Part shown: positions 9,820 to 21,397 of the stretch, piece by piece
Layout of the letters: each line of letters opens with the position of its first letter
Position numbering within the stretch: position 1 is the stretch's first letter
Source of the DNA: Escherichia coli
Lineage (GTDB): Bacteria; Pseudomonadota; Gammaproteobacteria; Enterobacterales; Enterobacteriaceae
Assembly (NCBI RefSeq): GCF_022846255.1
Contig: NZ_AP025682.1
Length of the DNA stretch: 64,000 nucleotides
Strand: one strand, 5' to 3'
Made by a program: the position numbers and the translations under genes
Notes under the pieces: model-generated
Database searches by the model: none
The model's input: only the letters and a program-made list of their open reading frames with translations
Told to the model about the DNA's origin: nothing

Positions 9820-11245
9820 TAATGCCAGTCAGTTAAGCAACTGACTGGCTCTTTTTCGGGGCTGTGGGGTATTTCCAGGGCCTCTCCTTTACCACTCTCG
9901 GGAAGGCCCTTTCCCTTCTTGTCGGTAATTTCACAAGTTGTCCCATACTTGCAAGATCGCGCATCAGCTCCGGTATACGTCCCGGTGAAGCGCCCTGCAA
10001 TGTCATCAGCATTCTCATCACCATTCCACATGATTCTGAGAAACTCAGTTGATTCGGCCAGTAACCTTTCAGATGTTCCGCCATTTTAATCATCTGATAT
10101 CTCACCAGATTATAAGCCAGTAAGACACCCCACAGCTCTTGCTCCACAAGCTCCGGTTTTTTACTTCTCAGCGTCAGCCTGCTCAGTTGCATCGTCTGTT
10201 TTATCTCCCTGTATCCCAGTTCGATTTCCCAGCGATGACTGTACAGATCCGCCATTTCTCCTCCGGGGAAGCGCATGGCGTCCGTCATCGACGTCAGCAG
10301 ATGGCAGACTTTTCCTTTGCGCGTCACGGTCAGCAGGCGGGCTGTCACTTCATTTCCCAGTCCCGGCCACTTTTTTCGTGCCTGCGGGCTGGTTTTCAGC
10401 TTCACCAGATGATCGCCTTTACCCAGTTTTCTGATCTCTTCATATTGCGCTCCCTTTCTGAGAGGTATCATCCAGTGGCGGTGTTCTCCCGCCAGGCTCC
10501 AGGCATTTAACAGTCCCAGTGAGTAATAACCTTTATCCATTAACGTCAGAGTGTTATCGCCGGTTTGTTCTATAAGTTGCTCAGCAAGCTCATTTTCGCT
10601 GTTCTTCATCGTGCCGAAGGCTGCAGCCGTCAGCAGATGGCTGGTCAGTTCCATCTGGCAGACCATTTTGACCTGCGGGTAGAGCGCCGGGTTCCCGGCA
10701 TGTGTCTGGCGGGGGAAGGCTGCATCGTTCTCTGGTGTATCCGGTGTGCGCCAGAACACACCATCGATGGCCAGCAGGGTCAGGCCGCACCAGTGCGGAT
10801 GCGGCGTGGCGTTATGCCAGAGCTGCGCTGTTTTCGTGAACACGCGGCGGACAGCCTCACTTCCCAGGCGCTGGCGGGCCTGAATAACGGCACTGGGGGC
10901 AACGAAGGGGCGATTGCCCGGCAGCATGATGTCCAGGCGATTCACAATCTGGTGAAGAGGTTCTTTACGCTCAAGCGCCATGCCAACAATACACCAGACC
11001 ATCATTTCGAGGGGAAGACGGCGCTTGCGTAGCGTTACAGTACCTGATTCGGCAAGGCAACGAGAGATGAGTTCGGGGTCGAGGTAATCCCCCAGAGAAG
11101 TCAGTGGGTTACGCAGAGAATCGTAACGGGATACCAGATCAAGAGCCTGTCCAATGTGCATAAAAAAATCCGGAAACAAGTGAGCGTTTCCGGATTCTTA
11201 CACAGCCACTGGATCGGTCAACTGATCCTTAACTGATCGGCATTA
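9820..11245 (-). mobile_element. IS4 insertion sequence, complete, 1426 bp
   Basis: 18-bp imperfect terminal inverted repeats TAATGCCAGTCAGTTAAG (9820-9837) and TAATGCCGATCAGTTAAG (revcomp of 11228-11245); flanked by 12-bp direct repeat CACCGACAGGGG (9808-9819 and 11246-11257); encodes IS4 transposase. Confidence 0.9.
9833..11161 (-). CDS. insG: IS4 transposase (InsG-like, DDE family), 442 aa
   Basis: ORF beginning [16 protein letters not shown]... matches recalled IS4 transposase; longest ORF extends 6 codons further upstream. Confidence 0.85.
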   Translation of the reverse strand: MHIGQALDLVSRYDSLRNPLTSLGDYLDPELISRCLAESGTVTLRKRRLPLEMMVWCIVGMALERKEPLHQIVNRLDIMLPGNRPFVAPSAVIQARQRLGSEAVRRVFTKTAQLWHNATPHPHWCGLTLLAIDGVFWRTPDTPENDAAFPRQTHAGNPALYPQVKMVCQMELTSHLLTAAAFGTMKNSENELAEQLIEQTGDNTLTLMDKGYYSLGLLNAWSLAGEHRHWMIPLRKGAQYEEIRKLGKGDHLVKLKTSPQARKKWPGLGNEVTARLLTVTRKGKVCHLLTSMTDAMRFPGGEMADLYSHRWEIELGYREIKQTMQLSRLTLRSKKPELVEQELWGVLLAYNLVRYQMIKMAEHLKGYWPNQLSFSESCGMVMRMLMTLQGASPGRIPELMRDLASMGQLVKLPTRRERAFPRVVKERPWKYPTAPKKSQSVA

Positions 11246-12464
11246 CACCGACAGGGGCTGTTTTTGCCTCACCAGCATTACAGACTGGCTGACGAATCTG
11301 CGGCGGAAGATCCTCAGAGAAAATGATCGGGCCTGAGTTCATCACGACGGCGCGTTCAATGACGTTGGAAAGCTCTCGAATATTACCCGGCCATGACCAG
11401 GCGGTAAGCAGCGACATTGCCATCGGATCGATGTCGATAATATCGCGCTGATTCTCACTACTGAATTTTTGCAAAAAGTGATTAGCTAACAGGGAAATAT
11501 CTTCCCGGCGATCGCGCAGAGGCGGCAGTATTAAATGAATAACGTTAAGGCGATAAAAGAGATCTTCACGGAAGGTGCCTTCTTTCACCATTGCCTGCAA
11601 GTCGCGGTTGGTGGCAGCAATGATGCGGATATCAACTTTTATGGTCTGATGACCGCCAATCCGTTCAAATTCCCGTTCCTGCAGAATGCGTAGTAATTTG
11701 GCTTGCAGTACCAGCGGCATTTCGCCAATTTCGTCGAGGAGCAGAGTACCTTCGTTGGCACGTTCAAATAATCCCTGACGTAAGGTTTGTGCACCAGTAA
11801 ATGCGCCTTTTTCATGACCAAACAGTTCACTTTCGAGCAACGATTCCGGCAGCGCCGCGCAGTTGACTTTAATGAACGGCCCCTTTGCCCTCCGCGAATT
11901 GTAGTGAATCGCTCTGGCAATCAACTCTTTCCCGGTGCCGCTTTCACCGCTAATCAAGACGCTGGCCTGAGAAAGGGCAATTTTGGCGGTGTCTTTGCAG
12001 ATGTCCATCATCGCCGGGCTGTTGGTGAGAATGTGCCCCCATTGCCAGCTGGTGCTCAGTGCCTGGTGCAGATGACGGATCTCTTTTTTCATTGACTGGA
12101 GTTGTAAAGCGCGCTGAACGATTAAATTCAACTCATCGAGATCAAACGGTTTGATAACATAGTCGAAGGCTCCGCAGCGTAGTGCTTCGACGGCGGTTTC
12201 CACTTCAGCATAGGCCGTCATCAGAATAACGGGTGTCCGGGTCTCATGGCTGCGCATCTCCTTGAGTGCCTTGATGCCGTCCATCTCTGGCATGCGGATA
12301 TCCATCAACACCACGTCAGGGTGAATATCGGCAAACAGGTGTAATGCTGTGCGCCCGTTGTTCGCACAATGTGTTTCGAATCCTTGTAGTGCAAAAGCGG
12401 TGCTCAGCATACGGCGAACATTATCTTCATCATCCACAATAAGGATGCGATTAATAGCAGTCAT
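11246..12464 (-). pseudogene. atoC: atoC 5' fragment (receiver + sigma-54 AAA+ domains, about 402 codons) truncated by IS4
   Basis: [22 protein letters not shown]... with GESGTGKE Walker A and GAFTGA sigma-54 interaction motif; reading frame runs into IS4 and ends after 5 IS-derived codons (VMPIS*). Confidence 0.85.
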
Positions 12465-14287
12465 ACAGTCTGATTTCCCTGCGGGTTGATCGGTAAAATA
12501 AGCGTGAAGGTTGCGCCGTAGCCCGGCAAACTGGCGACGCGAATATCACCCTGATGGGCATTAATGATGCGTTGACTTAACGCCAGACCAAGCCCGGTTC
12601 CTGAGGCTTTGGTAGTGAAAAAGGGATCGAAGATCTTTTTTTGCAGCGAGAGATCAATGCCACTGCCGTTGTCCTCTATCGAAATGGCCTGTTGTGAGTC
12701 GCTATACTGCCAGGTTCGAATGCGAATTTTCCCTCGTGCACTGATAGCCTGGACGGCATTGATCAGGATATTCAGTAGTACCTGTTTGAGCAGTTCACGA
12801 TCGGCGTTAATCGGGCTTAATTCATTATCCAGTTCGCTTATGAAGTCGACCCGCGCTTGTACGCCGGCGGTTTGTACCAGTACCAGAGTTTCTTCAACCA
12901 ATGCATTGAGGCTGACTTGTTGCCATTGACTGTGGCGTGGACGTGAAAATTCGAGCAATTGCTGAATAACTTTGTTAATTGAATCGATTTCTTTGAGTAC
13001 TACGGACAGATATTCCTGATGTATTGGGTCACGGGTTTGTTGGCGCAAGATCTGTACATAACCACGAATAGCTGTTAGCGGATTACGTAATTCATGCGCC
13101 ACGCCAGCCATCAGCTCACCCAGTGTGGCGAGGCGTTCTGCTTGCGCCATGCGGCGCTGGGTTTCTTTGCGGGCAGTTAAATCAGAGAAAATCACCAAAG
13201 CACCTATCATTTCACCGTGCGTGTTATGAATACGACTGGTCGTGACACTGAGTTCAATGGTGCGGTCACGGCCTGGAAAACTGATCTCCAGTGCTACATG
13301 TTCGGTGCCATGTTCCAGCGTATCCAGTACTGGACTGTAGAACTGAGTATTGTCGAACAACATGGAGTAAGGCTGCCCTACCAGTTCATGACGTTGATAG
13401 CCAGTGATGACTTCTGCTGCTGGGTTCATGGTGGTTACATCACCCTGGCGGTCAATGGCAATGACGCCATCGGCAGCGTTTTCAATAATCAGATCGTTAA
13501 GTGTTCGCGTTTCACGCAGTGCCTGGGCGAGGTTGTTAACACTCTGACTGATTTGCCCCATTTCACCGGGCAATTGTGGTAATCGAGTGGGAATATTTTG
13601 TGCCAGAGTCGAGAGGCCATCGGTGATGATATCTATATTGGCGCTCAGGCGACGGGAGAAAAGGACAATCAACAGCAGGCTTATCAGCAAACCGGCGGTG
13701 AGCACAATGATAATCCTCACATCCATTTTCCAGGCCTGGCGGCGAATATCTTCGGTTAATTCATTGGCCCAGATATAGCCGAGGATTTCACCATTACGCT
13801 CAATGGGAATCATTGAATTCAAAATATCGCCGCGCACCTGCCTGCCTGAATAAACCAAAGGGGTATTTGTACGCATGACTTCGCGACCAGGGTGATCTGC
13901 GGCAATGGTAACGCCCACATTATTCTGATATAGCGCTGAAGGCGCGTAGGTGATTATCGCATCCAGCGTTTTGTTGTAATAACCAGCGCCGATGCCAGGG
14001 AAGGCGTGAGTGATATTTTCGGTAATGGGGGCAAGTTCTGCATTTAATGCGCGGATATGCTCCTCACGCGGTAAGTCGATGTAGAGATCGTAGCGATTGC
14101 CTAGCGCCTGATTAAGCAGGTTGACCACGGCAGAAAGTTTTTTCTCTTTTTCAGATAAGACTGCTGAACGTCCTTCCGTTTCTACGATATAACCAATAGT
14201 AAGCGTTGGGACAATGACCATCAGGATTGCCATCAGGATCATTTGATTGCGTAAGCGGCGTGGATAAATCCACTTCATATAATGCAT
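12461..14287 (-). CDS. atoS: Sensor histidine kinase AtoS
   Basis: 608 aa from [12 protein letters not shown] (longest ORF is 612 aa); HAMP/PAS/HisKA/HATPase architecture; stop overlaps atoC start. Confidence 0.9.
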   Translation of the reverse strand: MHYMKWIYPRRLRNQMILMAILMVIVPTLTIGYIVETEGRSAVLSEKEKKLSAVVNLLNQALGNRYDLYIDLPREEHIRALNAELAPITENITHAFPGIGAGYYNKTLDAIITYAPSALYQNNVGVTIAADHPGREVMRTNTPLVYSGRQVRGDILNSMIPIERNGEILGYIWANELTEDIRRQAWKMDVRIIIVLTAGLLISLLLIVLFSRRLSANIDIITDGLSTLAQNIPTRLPQLPGEMGQISQSVNNLAQALRETRTLNDLIIENAADGVIAIDRQGDVTTMNPAAEVITGYQRHELVGQPYSMLFDNTQFYSPVLDTLEHGTEHVALEISFPGRDRTIELSVTTSRIHNTHGEMIGALVIFSDLTARKETQRRMAQAERLATLGELMAGVAHELRNPLTAIRGYVQILRQQTRDPIHQEYLSVVLKEIDSINKVIQQLLEFSRPRHSQWQQVSLNALVEETLVLVQTAGVQARVDFISELDNELSPINADRELLKQVLLNILINAVQAISARGKIRIRTWQYSDSQQAISIEDNGSGIDLSLQKKIFDPFFTTKASGTGLGLALSQRIINAHQGDIRVASLPGYGATFTLILPINPQGNQTV

Positions 14288-14453
14288 GCTGAAATCCACT
14301 AGTCTTGTCCGGTATATGACGATTATCAGAGGTTAAGGTGATGATTTCTCGGCGGTGTATCATATTCCAGAGAAGAGAGAACATTGCGGTAACACGCTTT
14401 TACCGCTACCTTAACCACACTCCATCGGTCACCTGAGGCGGAGCTTCGCCCCT

Positions 14454-17303
14454 TTGAAATACCTTGCTTCTTTTCGTACAACCCTGAAAGCCTCGCGCTA
14501 CATGTTCAGAGCATTGGCGTTAGTGCTCTGGCTGTTGATTGCTTTTTCATCCGTTTTTTACATCGTTAATGCGTTACATCAGCGAGAATCGGAAATTCGT
14601 CAGGAATTTAATCTGAGTTCCGATCAGGCTCAGCGCTTTATTCAACGCACCTCTGATGTGATGAAAGAGCTGAAGTACATAGCTGAAAATCGCTTATCGG
14701 CAGAAAACGGTGTGCTTTCCCCGCGTGGACGAGAAACGCAGACGGATGTGCCTGCGTTTGAACCGCTGTTTGCTGACTCTGATTGTTCCGCAATGAGTAA
14801 CACCTGGCGAGGTTCTCTGGAGTCATTGGCGTGGTTTATGCGCTACTGGCGCGATAATTTTTCTGCGGCTTACGATCTAAACCGGGTATTTTTAATCGGC
14901 AGCGATAACCTCTGCATGGCTAATTTCGGTCTGCGTGATATGCCAGTGGAACGCGATACCGCGTTAAAAGCTTTGCATGAACGCATTAATAAATATCGAA
15001 ATGCACCACAAGATGATAGTGGCAGTAACCTCTACTGGATCAGCGAAGGTCCGCGCCCTGGCGTCGGGTATTTTTACGCCTTGACGCCAGTTTATCTGGC
15101 GAACCGGTTGCAGGCGCTTTTGGGTGTCGAGCAAACCATCCGGATGGAGAACTTTTTCTTACCTGGTACGTTGCCGATGGGGGTTACCATTCTTGATGAA
15201 AATGGTCATACCCTGATTTCGCTTACCGGACCAGAAAGCAAAATTAAGGGCGATCCTCGCTGGATGCAGGAACGCTCCTGGTTTGGCTATACGGAAGGGT
15301 TCCGGGAGCTGGTGCTGAAGAAAAATCTGCCACCCTCATCGCTAAGCATCGTGTATTCGGTGCCGGTTGATAAGGTGCTGGAACGCATTCGCATGTTGAT
15401 CCTTAACGCAATTTTGCTGAATGTGCTTGCCGGAGCTGCATTGTTTACTCTCGCGCGGATGTACGAGCGGCGTATTTTCATTCCGGCGGAAAGCGACGCC
15501 TTGCGACTGGAAGAACATGAGCAGTTTAATCGCAAGATTGTCGCCTCCGCGCCAGTGGGTATCTGCATTTTGCGTACCGCTGATGGCGTCAATATTTTAA
15601 GTAACGAACTGGCGCATACCTATCTCAATATGCTTACGCATGAGGATCGCCAACGGCTGACACAAATTATCTGTGGGCAGCAGGTCAATTTTGTTGATGT
15701 CCTGACCAGCAACAATACCAATCTGCAAATCAGCTTCGTCCATTCGCGCTATCGTAATGAAAACGTGGCCATTTGTGTGCTTGTGGATGTTTCTTCGCGC
15801 GTGAAGATGGAAGAGTCGTTGCAGGAGATGGCACAAGCAGCGGAACAGGCGAGTCAGTCAAAATCGATGTTCCTTGCCACCGTCAGTCATGAGCTGCGAA
15901 CGCCGCTGTATGGCATTATCGGTAACCTGGATCTGTTGCAAACCAAAGAGTTACCGAAAGGCGTCGATCGTCTGGTGACGGCAATGAACAACTCTTCCAG
16001 CCTGTTGTTGAAAATTATCAGCGATATTCTCGATTTCTCGAAGATTGAATCGGAACAGTTGAAGATCGAACCGCGTGAGTTTTCACCGCGTGAAGTGATG
16101 AACCACATCACCGCCAACTATTTACCGCTGGTGGTACGCAAGCAGTTAGGCTTGTACTGCTTTATTGAACCGGATGTGCCAGTGGCCTTAAATGGCGACC
16201 CGATGCGTTTACAGCAGGTCATCTCCAACCTGTTGAGTAACGCCATAAAATTCACCGATACCGGCTGTATAGTTTTGCATGTTCGCGCTGATGGCGATTA
16301 TCTCTCTATCCGTGTTCGCGATACCGGCGTGGGGATTCCGGCGAAAGAAGTCGTGCGCTTGTTTGATCCCTTCTTCCAGGTCGGAACGGGCGTACAGCGA
16401 AACTTCCAGGGGACCGGTCTGGGTCTGGCGATTTGTGAAAAACTGATCAGCATGATGGACGGCGATATCTCGGTAGATTCAGAACCGGGAATGGGCAGCC
16501 AGTTTACCGTGCGTATTCCGTTGTACGGCGCTCAGTACCCGCAGAAAAAAGGCGTGGAAGGGTTGAGTGGTAAACGCTGCTGGCTGGCGGTCCGCAATGC
16601 GTCGCTCTGTCAGTTCCTGGAAACCAGTTTGCAGCGCAGCGGCATCGTCGTTACAACATACGAAGGGCAGGAACCGACTCCCGAAGATGTGTTAATCACT
16701 GACGAGGTAGTGAGCAAAAAATGGCAGGGTAGAGCGGTAGTGACCTTCTGTCGTCGCCATATTGGTATTCCGCTGGAGAAAGCGCCAGGGGAGTGGGTAC
16801 ACAGTGTGGCTGCCCCGCATGAGCTACCGGCATTGTTGGCGCGTATTTATTTGATCGAGATGGAGAGCGATGATCCTGCTAACGCTCTGCCGTCGACGGA
16901 CAAAGCGGTCAGCGATAACGACGATATGATGATTCTGGTCGTGGATGATCATCCGATTAACCGGCGTCTTCTGGCAGATCAGTTGGGATCGTTGGGCTAT
17001 CAATGTAAAACCGCGAATGATGGCGTCGATGCGCTTAATGTACTTAGCAAGAATCATATTGATATCGTGCTTAGCGACGTCAACATGCCAAATATGGATG
17101 GTTACCGCTTGACGCAACGCATTCGTCAGTTGGGACTGACGTTGCCGGTTATCGGAGTAACTGCTAATGCGTTGGCTGAAGAGAAGCAGCGGTGTCTGGA
17201 GTCCGGTATGGACAGCTGCCTGTCGAAGCCGGTAACGCTGGATGTGATAAAACAGACGCTAACGGTATATGCCGAGAGGGTCAGGAAATCGCGGGATTCG
17301 TAG
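14454..17303 (+). CDS. rcsC: Hybrid sensor histidine kinase RcsC
   Basis: 949-aa ORF with HisKA/HATPase and C-terminal receiver domain; size and position match rcsC. Confidence 0.95.
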   Translation: MKYLASFRTTLKASRYMFRALALVLWLLIAFSSVFYIVNALHQRESEIRQEFNLSSDQAQRFIQRTSDVMKELKYIAENRLSAENGVLSPRGRETQTDVPAFEPLFADSDCSAMSNTWRGSLESLAWFMRYWRDNFSAAYDLNRVFLIGSDNLCMANFGLRDMPVERDTALKALHERINKYRNAPQDDSGSNLYWISEGPRPGVGYFYALTPVYLANRLQALLGVEQTIRMENFFLPGTLPMGVTILDENGHTLISLTGPESKIKGDPRWMQERSWFGYTEGFRELVLKKNLPPSSLSIVYSVPVDKVLERIRMLILNAILLNVLAGAALFTLARMYERRIFIPAESDALRLEEHEQFNRKIVASAPVGICILRTADGVNILSNELAHTYLNMLTHEDRQRLTQIICGQQVNFVDVLTSNNTNLQISFVHSRYRNENVAICVLVDVSSRVKMEESLQEMAQAAEQASQSKSMFLATVSHELRTPLYGIIGNLDLLQTKELPKGVDRLVTAMNNSSSLLLKIISDILDFSKIESEQLKIEPREFSPREVMNHITANYLPLVVRKQLGLYCFIEPDVPVALNGDPMRLQQVISNLLSNAIKFTDTGCIVLHVRADGDYLSIRVRDTGVGIPAKEVVRLFDPFFQVGTGVQRNFQGTGLGLAICEKLISMMDGDISVDSEPGMGSQFTVRIPLYGAQYPQKKGVEGLSGKRCWLAVRNASLCQFLETSLQRSGIVVTTYEGQEPTPEDVLITDEVVSKKWQGRAVVTFCRRHIGIPLEKAPGEWVHSVAAPHELPALLARIYLIEMESDDPANALPSTDKAVSDNDDMMILVVDDHPINRRLLADQLGSLGYQCKTANDGVDALNVLSKNHIDIVLSDVNMPNMDGYRLTQRIRQLGLTLPVIGVTANALAEEKQRCLESGMDSCLSKPVTLDVIKQTLTVYAERVRKSRDS

Positions 17304-17500
17304 GACGGATAAGGCGTTTACGCCGCATCTGGCATTCAGTGCAAATGCCAGATGCGACGCTGACGTGTCTTATCTGGCCTACTTTAATGTAATCTGTTGA
17401 AATAATGGGAATCGTAGGACGGATAAGGCGTTTACGCCGCATCCGGCAATCGGTGCAAATGCCAGATAAGACACTAACGCGTCTTATCTGGCCTACAGGT
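17304..17500. repeat. REP/BIME-type extragenic palindromic repeats between convergent rcsC and rcsB
   Basis: Two near-identical copies of GTAGGACGGATAAGGCGTTTACGCCGCATC(T/C)GGCA plus GCCAGATG/AAGACGCGTCTTATCTGGCCTAC palindromes typical of E. coli REP. Confidence 0.6.
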
Positions 17501-17502
17501 GA

Positions 17503-18153
17503 TTAGTCTTTATCTGCCGGACTTAACGTCACTGAAGAGAGATAATTCAGCAGAGCAATATCGTTCTCGACACCCAGCTTCATCATCGCAGATTTCTTCT
17601 GGCTACTGATGGTTTTGATACTGCGGTTCAGCTTTTTAGCGATCTCGGTCACCAGGAAACCTTCCGCAAACAGGCGTAGAACTTCACTCTCTTTTGGCGA
17701 GAGACGCTTGTCACCGTAACCACCAGCACTGATTTTTTCCAACAGGCGAGAAACGCTTTCCGGGGTAAATTTCTTCCCTTTCTGCAGCGCGGCGAGAGCT
17801 TTCGGCAGATCGGTCGGTGCACCTTGTTTCAGCACGATCCCTTCGATATCCAGATCCAATACCGCACTAAGAATCGCCGGGTTGTTGTTCATGGTCAGAA
17901 CAATGATCGACAGGCTTGGGAAATGGCGCTTGATGTACTTGATTAAGGTAATGCCATCGCCGTACTTATCGCCAGGCATGGAGAGATCGGTAATCAACAC
18001 ATGCGCATCCAGTTTCGGCAGGTTGTTGATCAGTGCTGTAGAGTCTTCAAATTCGCCGACAACATTCACCCACTCAATTTGCTCAAGTGATTTGCGAATA
18101 CCGAACAAGACTATCGGATGGTCATCGGCAATAATTACGTTCATATTGTTCAT
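17503..18153 (-). CDS. rcsB: Response regulator RcsB
   Basis: 216 aa from MNNMNVIIADDHPIVLFGIRKSL; LuxR-type HTH C-terminus. Confidence 0.95.
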   Translation of the reverse strand: MNNMNVIIADDHPIVLFGIRKSLEQIEWVNVVGEFEDSTALINNLPKLDAHVLITDLSMPGDKYGDGITLIKYIKRHFPSLSIIVLTMNNNPAILSAVLDLDIEGIVLKQGAPTDLPKALAALQKGKKFTPESVSRLLEKISAGGYGDKRLSPKESEVLRLFAEGFLVTEIAKKLNRSIKTISSQKKSAMMKLGVENDIALLNYLSSVTLSPADKD

Positions 18154-18169
18154 GTAATAGGCTACCTTG

Positions 18170-20842
18170 CTACAGCAAGCTCTTGACATAACTGTCAATG
18201 TCGCTGATGTATTTTTCTATTCCTGGAACATCCTTCTCACGAATCAGATGTTCCAGCGTTTCACATAACTGCTTGCCGGGTACCAGATTTAGCATGGCAA
18301 ATACGCCTTTAAGACGATGAGCCGTTTGGGCTAACGCAGCAAAGTCACTGGTTGCTGCTTCAGTATACAGCCTCTTAACATCATCCGGTACTGTGTCTAC
18401 AAAGAGCGCATAATAGCCGCTGGCATGGAGTTGCGCATTTTCATCTCCGCCCAGAGGCGATTCTGTCACCTCTTCCTGCGCCAGTTGCACTTCAATTAAT
18501 TGTAAGACCGCTTCCTGCATAGCGTTGCTCATATTGAAATTGACGCACAATTGACCAGGCCCAATTTCCCGTACGCCAGACTCATCATCGCTTAAAAGCA
18601 AGCCAGAGGCAGTAAGATTAGACGGATTATCCGTTAAAAAGATATCATAATCTTGACTAATTAATCTTTCATCGGGTGTGATACAGGTTGCACCCCAATT
18701 TTCTAACTGGCGAGTGACAATATTCCGAATTTCTGCCGAAGTAACATCCACCATTACGCAGACATCATCCAGTAATCGCTCTTCTTCCTCTTCAACTTCC
18801 GGGTCAGCTGCGAGCATTTTGATATGCACAGAGTAGCGTGTACCGAGCCCATCCCGCGTTTTGATGTTTAAATGACCGCCCAGTTTACGCGCCAGTTGAT
18901 CGCTCAGCCAGAATGCCAGCGGGTCCGCCTTGCCATAGCGATCGTTTTGGGTCTGGTTGATAAACGGGAAGTGCAAATTATCCATTTCATGAATACTTAC
19001 GCCTTCTCCCGTGTCCAGAATGCGGAACGTCAGGCGGTCTTCGGAGGACTCATCCTGATCAACCTCAAGGGTGATTTTTCCCAATTGCGTTGAGGTCACG
19101 GCATATTGCATCAGTAGTAGCAAAATACGTCGTAAGGCATCGCGATCGCCGCGGCGCATATCGTGTGCTTTCAGATGATTGTTAATCAGCAGTTGCAGAC
19201 CTTTACGCTTGATGGCAGGCAACACTGAAGGCACAACTTCATCAATTAAATCCTGCACGGAGAACAGCTCCGTCTCACTTTTCCAGCTATCGTCCGCAAG
19301 CATGTTCGCTAACTGTATTTCATCGACCAGCCGCACCAGCACATCTGCCTGATTCGCCAGTTGTTTGCCTTCCGGGGCGTTGAGTTTAGCCGCGCTCTCC
19401 GCCAGGGACTGTGCGGGTTCTTTCAGCGCATCGCCAATGTTTTTCATAAAGGTCATCCGCCCCTGCTGGTTTTTCTCATACAGACGCTGCGCCTGCTTGA
19501 GTTTCTTGTTTACCAGCACTTCGCGATCCTGATCGCGAATAATGAAAATTTGTGTGCGCGGCGCAACCTGGCTGCGGAACATGCGGATCTCATACAGCTC
19601 GTTATTGATCGTCGCCTGAATAATCCCCTGATGCTGTTCCGCCATGGTGGTGATGTTTTGCAGATTCAAATGCGGCAGCAAATGATCGGCAATTTTGTTA
19701 CTTATGACTGTGCGGTTCGATTCCTGATCGTGAACCAGCAGGCCGAGCGGCAGCAGTGAGACTATCTCTTCATTAATTGCCCGTAAAATGCGCAATTCGT
19801 TATTGACCGCCGTGCTGGGGACGCTTTCTGTACTGCGGCTGGAGAAATGGCGGAATGTGGTATAGCCAAATAACGCCAGCGCCAGCAAACCGATGTTCAG
19901 CAGCAGTGGCAGCAGAATGTTTTGCAACGTATCCAGCAGTAAGGTGCCGTAAGGAACCTGCCAGACCAGGCGCATATCGGTAGAGTTGAGTGCCGAGGAG
20001 ATTTCAATCTTCGTACTGTTAAAGTGGATACTGACGCTATCCGTCCCTTCTTTCTCATTTTCATTGTTTCCCGTTGCCGTCGCGTCTGGCTCAAGGCGGA
20101 AACTGTCCAGCGGCATACCCGGTGGGATCAAATCATTAATCGGCAGATCAAAAGCCACGACCGTTGCCAGATGTCCCGGCTGGTTGAACGTGGTACGCAA
20201 GGTAAAGTAATGACCGTTCTGCCAGGCCAGGCGGCGCATGTTAGAAAAACTTTCGCGTTCATCGAGGGCGTTGGCCTGTTGCAACATCTCTGCACGACGT
20301 GAATCAACAATGTCGCTGACGGTCGATTCTTTAAATCCGGAGGTGAGATCTTTGAGGGGCAGGGTTGAGATCAGCACCAGACTGTTATCCTGACCATTCA
20401 GGTAATACATCGACCACGGTACATTTTCTGCGCCCCACAATGTGTCCAGATAGGTGGACATCCGTTGAGTCATCTCAAGCGTTGAGTTGTCGTGAGAGCC
20501 AAAGATTAACGCTTCCGTTTTGCGGCGTGGTTTCTCCAGATAGTAGACATCCTGTTTCAGGCGCGTCTCTTGTAAACCTTCGCCGGAGGAGGGGGAGGTT
20601 GTCGCGGCAATGTTGTCGTAGATCTGCCAGGTCACGTAACGCCAGGTATCGACGCGCTTTTGGATAGCGTGGGTAATGTCGACAATCTGGTAACTTTTAT
20701 CTTTCAGCCAGGCGTTAACGGCGCTTTGTACCATTACACCCATCGTCACCAGTAACACAATGATCAACAGTAAAAAGAAGCGGGTAATGCTCCCCGGTAG
20801 GAGTGAAAAGCGGGTCGTGGCCGTTGTCTCTTTCTGACGCAT
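18170..20842 (-). CDS. rcsD: Phosphotransfer intermediate protein RcsD
   Basis: 890-aa ORF, membrane N-terminus, HPt-containing C-terminus; directly upstream of rcsB. Confidence 0.9.
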   Translation of the reverse strand: MRQKETTATTRFSLLPGSITRFFLLLIIVLLVTMGVMVQSAVNAWLKDKSYQIVDITHAIQKRVDTWRYVTWQIYDNIAATTSPSSGEGLQETRLKQDVYYLEKPRRKTEALIFGSHDNSTLEMTQRMSTYLDTLWGAENVPWSMYYLNGQDNSLVLISTLPLKDLTSGFKESTVSDIVDSRRAEMLQQANALDERESFSNMRRLAWQNGHYFTLRTTFNQPGHLATVVAFDLPINDLIPPGMPLDSFRLEPDATATGNNENEKEGTDSVSIHFNSTKIEISSALNSTDMRLVWQVPYGTLLLDTLQNILLPLLLNIGLLALALFGYTTFRHFSSRSTESVPSTAVNNELRILRAINEEIVSLLPLGLLVHDQESNRTVISNKIADHLLPHLNLQNITTMAEQHQGIIQATINNELYEIRMFRSQVAPRTQIFIIRDQDREVLVNKKLKQAQRLYEKNQQGRMTFMKNIGDALKEPAQSLAESAAKLNAPEGKQLANQADVLVRLVDEIQLANMLADDSWKSETELFSVQDLIDEVVPSVLPAIKRKGLQLLINNHLKAHDMRRGDRDALRRILLLLMQYAVTSTQLGKITLEVDQDESSEDRLTFRILDTGEGVSIHEMDNLHFPFINQTQNDRYGKADPLAFWLSDQLARKLGGHLNIKTRDGLGTRYSVHIKMLAADPEVEEEEERLLDDVCVMVDVTSAEIRNIVTRQLENWGATCITPDERLISQDYDIFLTDNPSNLTASGLLLSDDESGVREIGPGQLCVNFNMSNAMQEAVLQLIEVQLAQEEVTESPLGGDENAQLHASGYYALFVDTVPDDVKRLYTEAATSDFAALAQTAHRLKGVFAMLNLVPGKQLCETLEHLIREKDVPGIEKYISDIDSYVKSLL

Positions 20843-21153
20843 TCGTGTTTATGACCTGTTAAAACTTCGCGAAGTGATAGGGCAGTATAAAGGGTACAGT
20901 GTGAAATTCCAGACTCTTACCTGATTGATGATTCTCTATTCTCCAGTGATATTTATCATCCTGCATTGGGGGAAATAGATGTACAAGCGCCATTTTGCTG
21001 TACAAATAACCTACAAAAAGCCTAACGAAATTAATTGCAAATAAACGAAGATTGCTGGAAATTATGCTGATGTTAATTATTTGTGAAATAGTTAACAAGC
21101 GTTATAGTTTTTCTGTGGTAGCACAGAATAATGAAAAGTGTGTAAAGAAGGGT

Positions 21154-21246
21154 AAAAAAAACCGGATGCGAGGCATCCGGTTGAAATAGGGGTAAACAGA
21201 CATTCAGAAATGAATGACGGTAATAAATAAAGTTAATGATGATAGC
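21154..21246 (-). ncRNA. micF: MicF antisense sRNA (regulator of ompF mRNA)
   Basis: Minus strand reads GCTATCATCATTAACTTTATTTATTACCGTCATTCATTTCTGAATGTCTGTTTACCCCTATTTCAACCGGATGCCTCGCATCCGGTTTTTTTT, matching recalled micF; divergent from ompC; ends in hairpin plus U-run. Confidence 0.85.
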
Positions 21247-21397
21247 GGGAGATATTCTAGTTGCGAGTGAAGGTTTTGTTTTGACATTCAGTGCTGTCAA
21301 ATACTTAAGAATAAGTTATTGATTTTAACCTTGAATTATTATTGCTTGATGTTAGGTGCTTATTTCGCCATTCCGCAATAATCTTAAAAAGTTCCCT

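Noticed and set aside
9582-9836. 84-aa plus-strand ORF spanning the atoDAEB regulatory region and the atoC 3' fragment
   Set aside because: It overlaps the AtoC palindrome and the antisense of the AtoC HTH coding sequence; it is explained by the atoC remnant.
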